A DNA stretch of 64,000 bases from Longimicrobiales bacterium (lineage in GTDB: Bacteria > Gemmatimonadota > Gemmatimonadetes > Longimicrobiales > Gaopeijiaceae): positions 1,312,001-1,376,000 of the forward strand of contig CAXXKM010000003.1 of assembly GCA_963664435.2 (NCBI GenBank), given 5' to 3'. Every line of letters starts with the position of its first letter. Position 1 is the first letter of the stretch. The notes under the pieces are model-generated. The model ran no database searches. It saw only the letters and a list, made by a program, of their open reading frames with translations, and was not told where the DNA came from. Below are positions 30,376-40,073 of the stretch, in pieces. The position numbers and the translations under genes were made by a program.

Positions 30376-31388
30376 CGATTCATCTCGACACGGAACAGGT
30401 TCTCGATCCGTCCCACATCCACCCCCAGGGTATTGACTACCTCCATGCGCCCCTCCGCGAGTGCCGCGACGTCGGCCGCGTCCGCGATGTCCAGATCCGA
30501 CAGCACCCCGATGAGGGCCATGTCGCTCGCGCGCCGGGCCCCGTCCTCCACCTTGAGAGCAAAGCCCAGGCCGCGCCCGCGCACGCCTCCGCAGTACACG
30601 CCCTCGGCGCCCGTCTTGACGAACACCCGGCCACCCAGCCGCTGCATGACCGCCGTGCAGGTGCGACCCGTTCCCCCTACCGCGAACGGATGCCCCGTCA
30701 TCGCAGCCACGATGCGCGCCGCCGGATCTCCCGCATCCGCCGCCGCCGTGAAGCGTGCGAAGGACGCCGCCATCTCCGCCAGCGACAGCGCGAAGGTCAC
30801 CACCCCGCATCCGTCCGTCCCCGTCACGAGTTCCGATGCCGCCACCCCCGTCCAGCGCGCGATCTCGGCGAGCATGCGCTGCTGCACGGGATGCCCGCGC
30901 TCGAGATACCCCTCCGGGGGCCATCCCCGGGCCACCGCCAGGGCGAGCATCCCCGCGTGTTTTCCCGAACAGTTGTTGTGAACGGCGCGGAGCCGGACGC
31001 CCCGGGCCCACAATTCGCGAGCCCTCTCCGGTCGCAGCGACGGATGCGGCCCGCATGCCAGCGCGCGCTCGTCCAGCCCGGTCCTGGCCAGCATGCTTTG
31101 CGCCAGAGCCAGGTGTTCGGGTTCGGCGTTGTGGGACGCGCAGCACAGCGCGAGCTCCTCTCGCGTGAATCCGAATCGCTCCACCACGCCGTCTTCCACA
31201 AGCGGAAGCGCCTGGAAGGGCTTTGCGGCCGATCGGTAGAACGCAACCTGCGCCGGGTCGCCACACCCGCCGATCAACCGCCCGCGGGCATCGGCGACCG
31301 CAACGTGCACCCGATGAATCGACTCGGTGGTGCCGCAGCGCGTAACCCGGACATGAGGCCCCACACCCCGCCGTGCCGGCCGGCTCAT
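30372..31388 (-). CDS. L-asparaginase II (Rhizobium AnsA-type)
   Basis: RSAAKPFQA, ASH, HNNCSGKHAG, DGCG, KTGAEG, KVEDG. Confidence 0.9.
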   Translation of the reverse strand: MSRPARRGVGPHVRVTRCGTTESIHRVHVAVADARGRLIGGCGDPAQVAFYRSAAKPFQALPLVEDGVVERFGFTREELALCCASHNAEPEHLALAQSMLARTGLDERALACGPHPSLRPERARELWARGVRLRAVHNNCSGKHAGMLALAVARGWPPEGYLERGHPVQQRMLAEIARWTGVAASELVTGTDGCGVVTFALSLAEMAASFARFTAAADAGDPAARIVAAMTGHPFAVGGTGRTCTAVMQRLGGRVFVKTGAEGVYCGGVRGRGLGFALKVEDGARRASDMALIGVLSDLDIADAADVAALAEGRMEVVNTLGVDVGRIENLFRVEMNR

Positions 31389-31509
31389 GTCCCGGCTCAC
31401 GAAAGAGGCGGACGCGGTCCGCGACTCGCACGAGAAAGGAACATCGATTCTCCGGGCGATGGAATGGCAGGATGGGCCGCCCGGTGCTCGAGGGCCGGCG
31501 GACGCTCCC

Positions 31510-33198
31510 TCAGAACGATCCCGGGCCCGGCGAATCGCCCTGGGCGATGCCGCCCGCAGCCGGAGCGGCGCTCGCGAGGGACTCCTCGGCGGTCACCAGA
31601 TCGAACAGATCCTGCTGCGAGCGCGCACGCGCCAGCAACTCCACGGCGCGCGCCAGCGCCCGATCTGCGGTCATCAGACGGAGGAATTCGCCTTCCGCAC
31701 CGGCACGCCTGAGGGCAATCTCGCGCTCCAGCTGGAACCGGATAAAGCGTTCCGCGCGCTCCAACGCGGCGGCCTCCGCGTCAACGCCTCGCTCCGCAAG
31801 GTGCTGCCGGAAGCGCGCCAGATCGGCATCCCCGATCGCGGACCCGGGAGGGAGGTTCGGCCTCTCCTGAATGTAGAGAACGGCGAACTCGAACAGGGCG
31901 TTGCTGAAACCACGGGCCTGCCGCCACAGTCGAAGCACCGCCGTCTCTTCCGCGTCGGTCAGGGTATCGGGAAGCACCCGCAGATCCGGCGTGATGCCGC
32001 CGCCCCCGAGCAGGCTTCTGCCGCCGAAGGAGCGGTACGGCTGCCGGTCCTCTGCGTCCGAACGCTGCACCCAGTTCCCCGCCAGGGTCAGCACGACGTC
32101 ATCGAAGGCCGAGTCTCCGCGCACCCGGGCCTTCTGGATCGAGCGTCCCGACGGCGTGTACCAGCGCGCCGTGGTCAGCTTGAGCATGTTGCCCCCGCTC
32201 AGGCGGTAGAGCGTCTGCACCAACCCCTTGCCGAACGAAGTCGCCCCCAGCACCAGTGCCCGATCATGGTCCTGAAGTGCGCCGGCGACGATCTCCGACG
32301 CGCTCGCACTGCGTCCGTCGATCAGAACCACCAGGGGAAGTCCCGGGAAGGATTCTCCGCCCGGGGTGCGCAGCACCGAGTTCTGGCTGCTCGTCCGTCC
32401 GCGCGTCTCCGCGACCGTGAGCTCCTCTCCGAGGAAGAGATCGGCCAGCGCGACGCCCTGATCCAGCAACCCGCCCGGGTTTCCGCGCAGGTCCAGGATC
32501 ATCCGGGTGGCCCCGTCCGCGATGAGGGCTTCGATGGCGCCCTCGAGTTCCTCGCGGGCGCTTTCGCTGAACACCCTCAGGGGAACGTATCCCACCCCGT
32601 CCTCGAAGAGATGGGTGAACGGCACCGAAAGGACCTGTACCGTGGCCCGCTCCAGCGTGAAGGGAATGGGCTCCTCGATCCCCGGACGCCCGATCGTGAC
32701 GTTCACTTCCGTGCCCGGCCGTCCGCGCAGCGACATCACCGCCCGGTCCGGGTTCCAGCCCCGGGCGGATTCGCCTTCGACCTCGACGATGCGGTCACCG
32801 GCGCGGATGCCCGCCCGCTCCCCGGGGGTGCCCGGCAGGGCGCTCATCACCGTGACCCAGTCTCCCTGGCGAGCAATTTCCAGCCCCACCCCGGCGTACT
32901 CCCCATCCGTGCGGATGCGCAGGTTGGACCACTCGTAGGCGCTCAGGAACTCGGTGTTGGGATCGTCGAGTTCATCGATGACGGCGTCGATGGCGGTCCC
33001 GTAGAGCTCATTCAGCTCGACGGGGTCGACAAAGTCCCCCGCCACCCGGTCGAGGACTTCTTCCAGGAGCCGCGCCTGGAAGTAGACGTTGCGGTCCTGG
33101 GCGATGCCCTGCTGGAGGAACCAGCCGCCGCACAGCAGGGCCGCCGCCAGGATGAGACCCGGAGCGAGCAGGGAGCGGGAGGATGGCATGAGCGTCAC
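31510..33198 (-). CDS. ctpA: Carboxyl-terminal processing protease (S41A, PDZ)
   Basis: N-terminal hydrophobic segment, GVGL PDZ, DLRGNPGG, SASASEIVAGALQD, SFGKG, TTARWYTPSGRSIQ. Confidence 0.93.
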   Translation of the reverse strand: MTLMPSSRSLLAPGLILAAALLCGGWFLQQGIAQDRNVYFQARLLEEVLDRVAGDFVDPVELNELYGTAIDAVIDELDDPNTEFLSAYEWSNLRIRTDGEYAGVGLEIARQGDWVTVMSALPGTPGERAGIRAGDRIVEVEGESARGWNPDRAVMSLRGRPGTEVNVTIGRPGIEEPIPFTLERATVQVLSVPFTHLFEDGVGYVPLRVFSESAREELEGAIEALIADGATRMILDLRGNPGGLLDQGVALADLFLGEELTVAETRGRTSSQNSVLRTPGGESFPGLPLVVLIDGRSASASEIVAGALQDHDRALVLGATSFGKGLVQTLYRLSGGNMLKLTTARWYTPSGRSIQKARVRGDSAFDDVVLTLAGNWVQRSDAEDRQPYRSFGGRSLLGGGGITPDLRVLPDTLTDAEETAVLRLWRQARGFSNALFEFAVLYIQERPNLPPGSAIGDADLARFRQHLAERGVDAEAAALERAERFIRFQLEREIALRRAGAEGEFLRLMTADRALARAVELLARARSQQDLFDLVTAEESLASAAPAAGGIAQGDSPGPGSF

Positions 33199-33209
33199 GC
33201 CTCGGCTGA

Positions 33210-33322
33210 GGGCGGGGTTCGGGCTTCCCGCGTGGCTGGTTTACGCGTGGGAACCGGAGTTCCCCGCGTCGGGTCTCCTCGCTAGGACGGAAAAAGCAGC
33301 CTGCCGGTTGCTAACCCCGCCC
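33210..33322. other. Structured intergenic element (nested inverted repeats; possible terminator/leader)
   Basis: 10-bp perfect inverted repeat GGGCGGGGTT/AACCCCGCCC enclosing three hairpins. Confidence 0.5.
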
Positions 33323-33358
33323 GCACCGAAGGTTTCCGGACCAGGTGCGTGGCGATCG

Positions 33359-34537
33359 TCAGCGGTGCCGGCGCCAGGCGCGGGCACTGGCCAGGACCTT
33401 CTCCACATCCGAGTCATCGTTGTAGACGCCCACCGAGAAGCGCAATACTCCACTGCGGATGGCGAGTCGGATGCCATCGGCAGTCAGGTGCGCGTGAAGG
33501 GCGTTCATCGCCGGATCATCCGCCGTGTAGTGGCGGCCGCCGCCGCTCCTGCCGACCGTCACGATGTGCGCCCGGCGAGGCGACTCCGCCCCGCCCACCA
33601 CGGGCAGTTCGAGCTCGGCCAGGCCCGCGGCCATCCGCCCGGCCACGCGGCAGACATGAGCCTCGACGGCCTCTACCGTCCACCGGCGGATCAGCTCGAG
33701 GGCCGCGCGGGCCGCCACCGCGCCCAGGTAGTTGTAGTTGCCGACATCGAAGCGCAGGGCGCCCGGTCGGTAGCGAAGCTCGTCGGCGGAGAACGCGGTC
33801 TCGTGGGCGCCCTCCAGCTCGATGCCGTAGCGGGCCACGTGACCCGGGATCAGGTCGTCGGCCAACTCCCGGCGCACGTACAGAAACCCGAACCCGTAGA
33901 GCGAGAGCATGCATTTCTGGGTCGCCACCGCGAGGGCGTCGATCCCCAGCCGGCGCACGTCCGTGCCCGCCGCCCCCACCGACTGGGCCGCGTCGACCAG
34001 GGTGAGGGCCCCCACCCCCCGCGCCGCCGCCGCGACTGCGGCCATGTCGGTCACGAAACCGGGCGCGAAGGAGATGCTCGGGACCGTCACCAGGCGCGTG
34101 CGCCCGTCCATGGCCGCCGCCATCGCCTCCACCGGCACTTCCCCGTCCACCGGTGCCACGGGCCGCACCTCCACCCCGCGGGTGCGCTGCAGGTTGTACC
34201 ACAGGTAGATGTTGTTGGGATGCTCGAGTCCCGGGCAGAAGACCACGTTGTCCCCGGCCCGCCAGGGCAGGCTGGCGGCGAAGAGGTTGAGCCCGTCGGA
34301 GACGTTCTTGGTGATCGCGATCTCTTCGGGGTCGGCCCCGACCAGGGCGGCGAAGTCGGCGCGGGCCTCCTCGACCACTGCCCGCAACTCGTCCTTGTCG
34401 CCGCCGGCGTGCATGCGCGTCTCCAGGTGGGCGGCGGCGGCAGCCCGCACCGGTTCGGCGAGCAGGCAGCGCGCGGCGATGTCGAAGTACGCGCGGCGTC
34501 CGGCGCCCGGAAAGAGCGCGCGCACCCCCGGGTTCAC
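33359..34537 (-). CDS. Class-V fold PLP-dependent enzyme
   Basis: C-terminal part of ORF 33359..35959 from a GTG overlapping the upstream stop; YFDIAA, EHPNN, VDAAQSVG, TQKCML (PLP lysine), LRFSVGVYN. Confidence 0.88.
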   Translation of the reverse strand: MNPGVRALFPGAGRRAYFDIAARCLLAEPVRAAAAAHLETRMHAGGDKDELRAVVEEARADFAALVGADPEEIAITKNVSDGLNLFAASLPWRAGDNVVFCPGLEHPNNIYLWYNLQRTRGVEVRPVAPVDGEVPVEAMAAAMDGRTRLVTVPSISFAPGFVTDMAAVAAAARGVGALTLVDAAQSVGAAGTDVRRLGIDALAVATQKCMLSLYGFGFLYVRRELADDLIPGHVARYGIELEGAHETAFSADELRYRPGALRFDVGNYNYLGAVAARAALELIRRWTVEAVEAHVCRVAGRMAAGLAELELPVVGGAESPRRAHIVTVGRSGGGRHYTADDPAMNALHAHLTADGIRLAIRSGVLRFSVGVYNDDSDVEKVLASARAWRRHR

Positions 34538-35844
34538 GGGCCCGCTCCGGAGACCGCGGACCCGCCCGCATGGGTGGACGCGCCGCCCCTCTCGGTCCGG
34601 CCGCCGTTCGCGGGCCCCGAATCGGCCGCGGACGCCGTTGCGCCCGTCCCGCGCCCCGCCACCAGCGCCGTCCCGACCATGTCCCCCATGATGTTCAACG
34701 TCGTGTTCCCCATGTCGACCAGCCGGTATATGCCGCCCACCATCGCTGCGATCTCGATCGGCAGGTTGAATGCCTGCACGTAGACCAGCGCTACCACGAA
34801 GCCCCCGCCCGGGATCCCGCCCGAGCCCTGCGAGAGCAGGAGCCCGATCGGCAGGATGGCGAGCAGCGCCCCGGGGCCGAACTCCACCCCCGCCGCCTGG
34901 GCGGTGAAGACCAGCACTGCCGCGAGCATGACCGCGGTGCCATCCTTGTTGAGCTGCGCGCCCAGCGGCAGGGTGAAGCCGTAGACCGACTGCGGCACCC
35001 GCAGCTTCTCCGCCTTCTCCAGGCCCACCGAGAGGGAGGCCAGGCTGGACGAGGTCGCCGCCGTGGTCGCCCACAGAGCGCCGGTCTCGCTCAGGAAGCG
35101 GCGGGGATGCTGCGCGGTCAGGAAACGGAGCACGAGCATGTACCCGCAGAAGAGCAGCGCCTGGGCGCCCCACACGCCCGCCAGGAAGCGAGCCAGCCCG
35201 CCGATCAGCTCGGCTCCGTAGCGTCCGGCGGTCACCGCCATCAGCGCGCCGATCCCGAGCGGCGCCAGCACGAGCACCAGGTCCACGAGGCGGCGGAAGA
35301 GGTCGGCCAGATCGCGATAGGCCGCCTCCAGCCGCGCACGCGCCCCGCCGCCGAGCATCAGGGTGGCCACCCCGATCGCGAGCGAAGCCACCACGACCTG
35401 CACGATGTTCCCCTCCGCGAAGGCCTGGAAGAGGTTGACCGGGATCATGTCGAGCAGGACGTCCGCGAGCGACGGTACCGCGCCCACGGCTTCGTCCACC
35501 GGGGTGGTCAGCTCCATCCCGGCGCCGGGACGCAGGAGCGCCATCGCCCCCATCCCCGCGCACAGCGCCACCAGGTCCGTGGCGATGAACCAGGCCAGGA
35601 TCTTCGCGGCCAGCCGCCCGAACGCGCGCACGCCGGAATGGGCCGCCAGCCCGGCCAGCAGGTTGAAGCAGACCAGCGGAACCGCGGCCAGCACCAGGAG
35701 CCGGATGAAGAGGTCGCCGATCGGCTGGAGCACGGCGGCTCTTTCGCCCAGGACGGCACCGGCGACGATCCCCGCCGCCATGCCGGCGAAGATGCGCGCG
35801 CCGGGTCCGAACCGGCGGCCCTTCCGCTCCGGCGAGCGACTCAT
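34534..35844 (-). CDS. Dicarboxylate/amino acid:cation symporter (DAACS)
   Basis: IGDLFIRLL, IPVN, TSSSLASL, LPLGAQLNKDG, GGIPGGG, DMGNTTLNIMGD. Confidence 0.93.
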   Translation of the reverse strand: MSRSPERKGRRFGPGARIFAGMAAGIVAGAVLGERAAVLQPIGDLFIRLLVLAAVPLVCFNLLAGLAAHSGVRAFGRLAAKILAWFIATDLVALCAGMGAMALLRPGAGMELTTPVDEAVGAVPSLADVLLDMIPVNLFQAFAEGNIVQVVVASLAIGVATLMLGGGARARLEAAYRDLADLFRRLVDLVLVLAPLGIGALMAVTAGRYGAELIGGLARFLAGVWGAQALLFCGYMLVLRFLTAQHPRRFLSETGALWATTAATSSSLASLSVGLEKAEKLRVPQSVYGFTLPLGAQLNKDGTAVMLAAVLVFTAQAAGVEFGPGALLAILPIGLLLSQGSGGIPGGGFVVALVYVQAFNLPIEIAAMVGGIYRLVDMGNTTLNIMGDMVGTALVAGRGTGATASAADSGPANGGRTERGGASTHAGGSAVSGAGP

Positions 35845-35858
35845 GCCCGCTGTTCCCG

Positions 35859-37472
35859 TCAGTTCCAGGCTTCGGCAAGCGCCAGCGCGCGATCGAGCAG
35901 GATCCCGTAGTAGTCGGCCACGTTGTCCGCCGTGAGCGGAATCCACTCGTCGACCTCAACCGGATTGCCTTCGAGGATCTCGCCGTTGGGCCGCAGCGTG
36001 TGGCCGATGTTCCACATGAAGCCGACCACGGGCTGTCCGCCGGGCTCGAGGGTCAGCGTCTCCTCCCATTCCCACGTGTTGGAGTAGCCCCCGGGCGGCA
36101 TCCCCACCACCGGCCCAAGCCCGTTGTCGGAGATGATGGAGACGAACTGGTCCAGGTGCGATCCGCCGCTCGGTCCGGAGATGATCGCGATGGGCCCGCG
36201 GAAGTGGACCGGCGCGGGCTCGAGGATCCCGTCGGAGTCGCGCGGGGCGTGCGCGCTCTTGAACGGCACGGCGCCCGAGTAGGCATCGCCGCGCGCCAGG
36301 GCGGGCGCCACGTCGGTCTCCAGCCAGTCGAGCAGCCAGGTGCCGTCGTCGATCACCTCCGGCACCCCCGAATCCATCGCGCCCTGTTCGGCGGCTTCGG
36401 CCCGCTTCTCGTCGATGAAGGGCTGGATCACGTCGCTCAGGCGCAGGTTGCCGAAGGTGGTCCTGAAGGGCCGCGGCTGCAGGCGCTGCATCGCGTAGGG
36501 CCCCAGGGAGCCGCCCCGGCTGCGGGTCACGTCCATCACCAGGGTGTGGTCGAGGAGGTCGTTGGCGGCCGCGTATTCCACCAGCCGGTCGACATCCGGG
36601 ACCATGGTCTCCCGGAACCCGTACCACACCAGAACCACGTGGCCGGCCGGGACGACGGGCACCAGGAAGTCAAAGGTGGGGGTGTCGAGCACGTTGCGGG
36701 TGCCGGGATAGCGCGGCTGGGAGAGACCGGACCAGGCAAGATCCCCGGGGTCGCGCCAGGGAAGCCGGAAGCGCCCCTCGGATCCGTCGCCGCCGGCCAC
36801 CACCAGCGTGAGCTCCTCCGGGCGCAGGGCGGGCGGAAAGATCGCGCTGGAGACGGTCATGGCCTCGGCCAGCTTCCAGCGCAGGCCGGCCTCCGTGGAG
36901 TGGGGCACGTAGACCGCCGCAGCCTCGTGCCACGCCTCCACGGGCATGCCGTTCACTTCGAGCACCCGGCTGCCCACGGGCGGCCCGTCCGTTCCTTCCG
37001 CGACCTCCCCCACGAAGTAGACGAGCTCCTCGCTCCCGTAGTCGGGGAAGACCCTGACGCCCGCCCGCAGGGGCTCGGGCGCACTTCCTCCGCTCACCTC
37101 CAGACCGGCGCTGTCGGGCAGTTCGAGCCCGCCGGGAACCAGGATCACGTCGAGGTGGCGATCGCGGCGCGCGGCGCTGAGGGCCGCCAGCGCGTAGAAG
37201 AGGTCCTCCTCGGTGTCGGCCTCGACGACGCGATCGCGAAGCGCCCGCATCGCCTCGAGCGGCGCCAGCCCCAGCGATGCGTTCTTCACCGGCGAGAAGG
37301 CCTCGCGGGCTTCGGTGCGGGCCAGGATGCTCTCGAAGAGGGCGGCGCGCGCGCGCTCGTCGCCTGTGCGCCACCCAGCGGCTCCGGAGCTCTCCGGAGC
37401 GGACTCGGCGCAACCGGCGGCGAAGCACGCGGCCAGCGTCAGGGCGGCCATGCGCGGTGGGAGGGTCCTCAT
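35859..37472 (-). CDS. Putative lipoprotein, divergent S41-family (CPAF/tricorn-like) peptidase
   Basis: Lipobox-like AAGC; DRH, PDZ-like GSRVLEVNG, MDVTRSRGGS, GGSHLDQF, VVGMPPGG, LEGNPVEVD in S41 order. Confidence 0.65.
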   Translation of the reverse strand: MRTLPPRMAALTLAACFAAGCAESAPESSGAAGWRTGDERARAALFESILARTEAREAFSPVKNASLGLAPLEAMRALRDRVVEADTEEDLFYALAALSAARRDRHLDVILVPGGLELPDSAGLEVSGGSAPEPLRAGVRVFPDYGSEELVYFVGEVAEGTDGPPVGSRVLEVNGMPVEAWHEAAAVYVPHSTEAGLRWKLAEAMTVSSAIFPPALRPEELTLVVAGGDGSEGRFRLPWRDPGDLAWSGLSQPRYPGTRNVLDTPTFDFLVPVVPAGHVVLVWYGFRETMVPDVDRLVEYAAANDLLDHTLVMDVTRSRGGSLGPYAMQRLQPRPFRTTFGNLRLSDVIQPFIDEKRAEAAEQGAMDSGVPEVIDDGTWLLDWLETDVAPALARGDAYSGAVPFKSAHAPRDSDGILEPAPVHFRGPIAIISGPSGGSHLDQFVSIISDNGLGPVVGMPPGGYSNTWEWEETLTLEPGGQPVVGFMWNIGHTLRPNGEILEGNPVEVDEWIPLTADNVADYYGILLDRALALAEAWN

Positions 37473-37511
37473 GCTTCTCTCCGATTCAGGTTCCCGTCCG
37501 AAGCTCCCGTC

Positions 37512-38246
37512 TCACCCTGCCATGCCGCCTGCTTCATCCCGGCGGCAACGGAGTGCGGGCGCGTCGCCGCCGAGGCCTCGGCCGTCCACCGCGCGCGGCT
37601 TTTCCGCCGCGGACCCGAACACACCCGGCAGGTGCCGGCCCAGGCACTCCAGAATCCGCTCCCGCACCTGGTCCGGCGTACCCAGCCCGCTCACCAGCTC
37701 CACGCGATCCTCGGCCCCGGCCAGCTCAAGATACCCCTCTCTCACCGCGCGCAGAAAGTCGGCGCCCGCCCTCTCGATGCGATCCGCGCTCCCTCCCGCG
37801 GCCCGTCGCCGGGCCGCTCCCTCCGCCACCGGCACGTCGAGCACCAGGTACAGATCCGCGCGCAGACCGCCCGTCGCGAGCTCCATCGCCGCCCGCACCC
37901 GCGCGAGATCCAGCCCGCGCCCGTATCCCTGATACGCCAGCGTGGAGAGGTCGAAGCGATCCGCCACCACCACATCGCCCCGGGCCAGCGCGGGACGCAC
38001 CACCTCGCGCACGAAAGCTGCGCGCGCCGCCAGGATCAGCAGCAGCTCCGACTCGGCGGGCATCTCCAGATCCGTCCTCCCCAGCACCACCTCGCGAATG
38101 GCTTCGCCCACCCCCGTGGATCCCGGCTCGCGCGCCAGGGTGCAGGGCACGCCCCGGTCGCGGAGCCACCGGGCCAGGAGCGCGGCCTGCGTGGACTTGC
38201 CCGCACCCTCTCCGCCCTCCAGCACGACGAAGCATCCCTTCACCAT
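37512..38246 (-). CDS. tmk: Thymidylate kinase
   Basis: LEGGEGAGKST, REPG, DRF.ST.AYQGYGRG, DRIE. Confidence 0.96.
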   Translation of the reverse strand: MVKGCFVVLEGGEGAGKSTQAALLARWLRDRGVPCTLAREPGSTGVGEAIREVVLGRTDLEMPAESELLLILAARAAFVREVVRPALARGDVVVADRFDLSTLAYQGYGRGLDLARVRAAMELATGGLRADLYLVLDVPVAEGAARRRAAGGSADRIERAGADFLRAVREGYLELAGAEDRVELVSGLGTPDQVRERILECLGRHLPGVFGSAAEKPRAVDGRGLGGDAPALRCRRDEAGGMAG

Positions 38247-38259
38247 CGAGCCGTCCCCG

Positions 38260-38300
38260 ACCCACTACCGGTAGTGGGTGACCCACGACGGGTAGTGGGT
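38260..38300. promoter_or_regulatory. Tandem 20-bp palindromic operator upstream of tmk (NrdR-box-like)
   Basis: ACCCACTACCGGTAGTGGGT (perfect palindrome, 38260-38279) and ACCCACGACGGGTAGTGGGT (38281-38300), 21-bp period. Confidence 0.6.
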
Positions 38301-38324
38301 TCCCGGCTCCCCCCGGGACGCCCG

Positions 38325-39641
<1,317 letters not shown>

Positions 39642-39702
39642 TGATCGAGTCCCCTGCCTGGGGTGAACGTCGCCTTCCGTTCCGGCCGCAACCGGCCGGC
39701 GG

Positions 39703-40062
39703 TCAGGAACTGATGATGATGCGCGATTTCGCGCCTTCCTCGATAGCCTTCGAGATGCCCTCGTTCACACGGCCCAACACCCGGTCGAAATTGGCCTGGG
39801 CCGCAACCAGCCCCTGGTACGAGGGGCTCGCCTGCATGCGCCCGAAGGCCTTTTCGTATTCCTCGGCCACCTCGGGCGCGGGCTCCTCGCCGGCTTGCAC
39901 GCTCCGGGTCACGCTCTCCTCCAGCTTCGTGAGCTCGTTCCGAAGCATCACCAGCTCGCGATCCTCATCCGCCCGCCGTGCGGCGCGTTGCAGATCCTGA
40001 TACTGCGGGGTCCGGCCAAGGGCCAGACCCAGTTCGCGGGCCATCTCCTCGATCGCGGCCAT
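39703..40062 (-). CDS. YlbF/YmcA-like small helical protein
   Basis: ARELG.AL..T.QY, helical acidic composition, Y..L..AQ..F..L..VN. Confidence 0.7.
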   Translation of the reverse strand: MAAIEEMARELGLALGRTPQYQDLQRAARRADEDRELVMLRNELTKLEESVTRSVQAGEEPAPEVAEEYEKAFGRMQASPSYQGLVAAQANFDRVLGRVNEGISKAIEEGAKSRIIISS

Positions 40063-40073
40063 TCAGCCTCCCG

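Noticed and set aside
33359..35959. Apparent 866-aa fusion ORF
   Set aside because: The N-terminal half is an alternate frame over the DAACS gene; the real gene starts at GTG 34537. The same artefact affects 3470-4810, 14571-15809, 29629-31431, 40074-41780 and 43877-45001.
38260..38300. Palindromes as an intrinsic terminator or mini-CRISPR
   Set aside because: No loop or U-tract, and only two adjacent copies with no spacer; an operator fits better.
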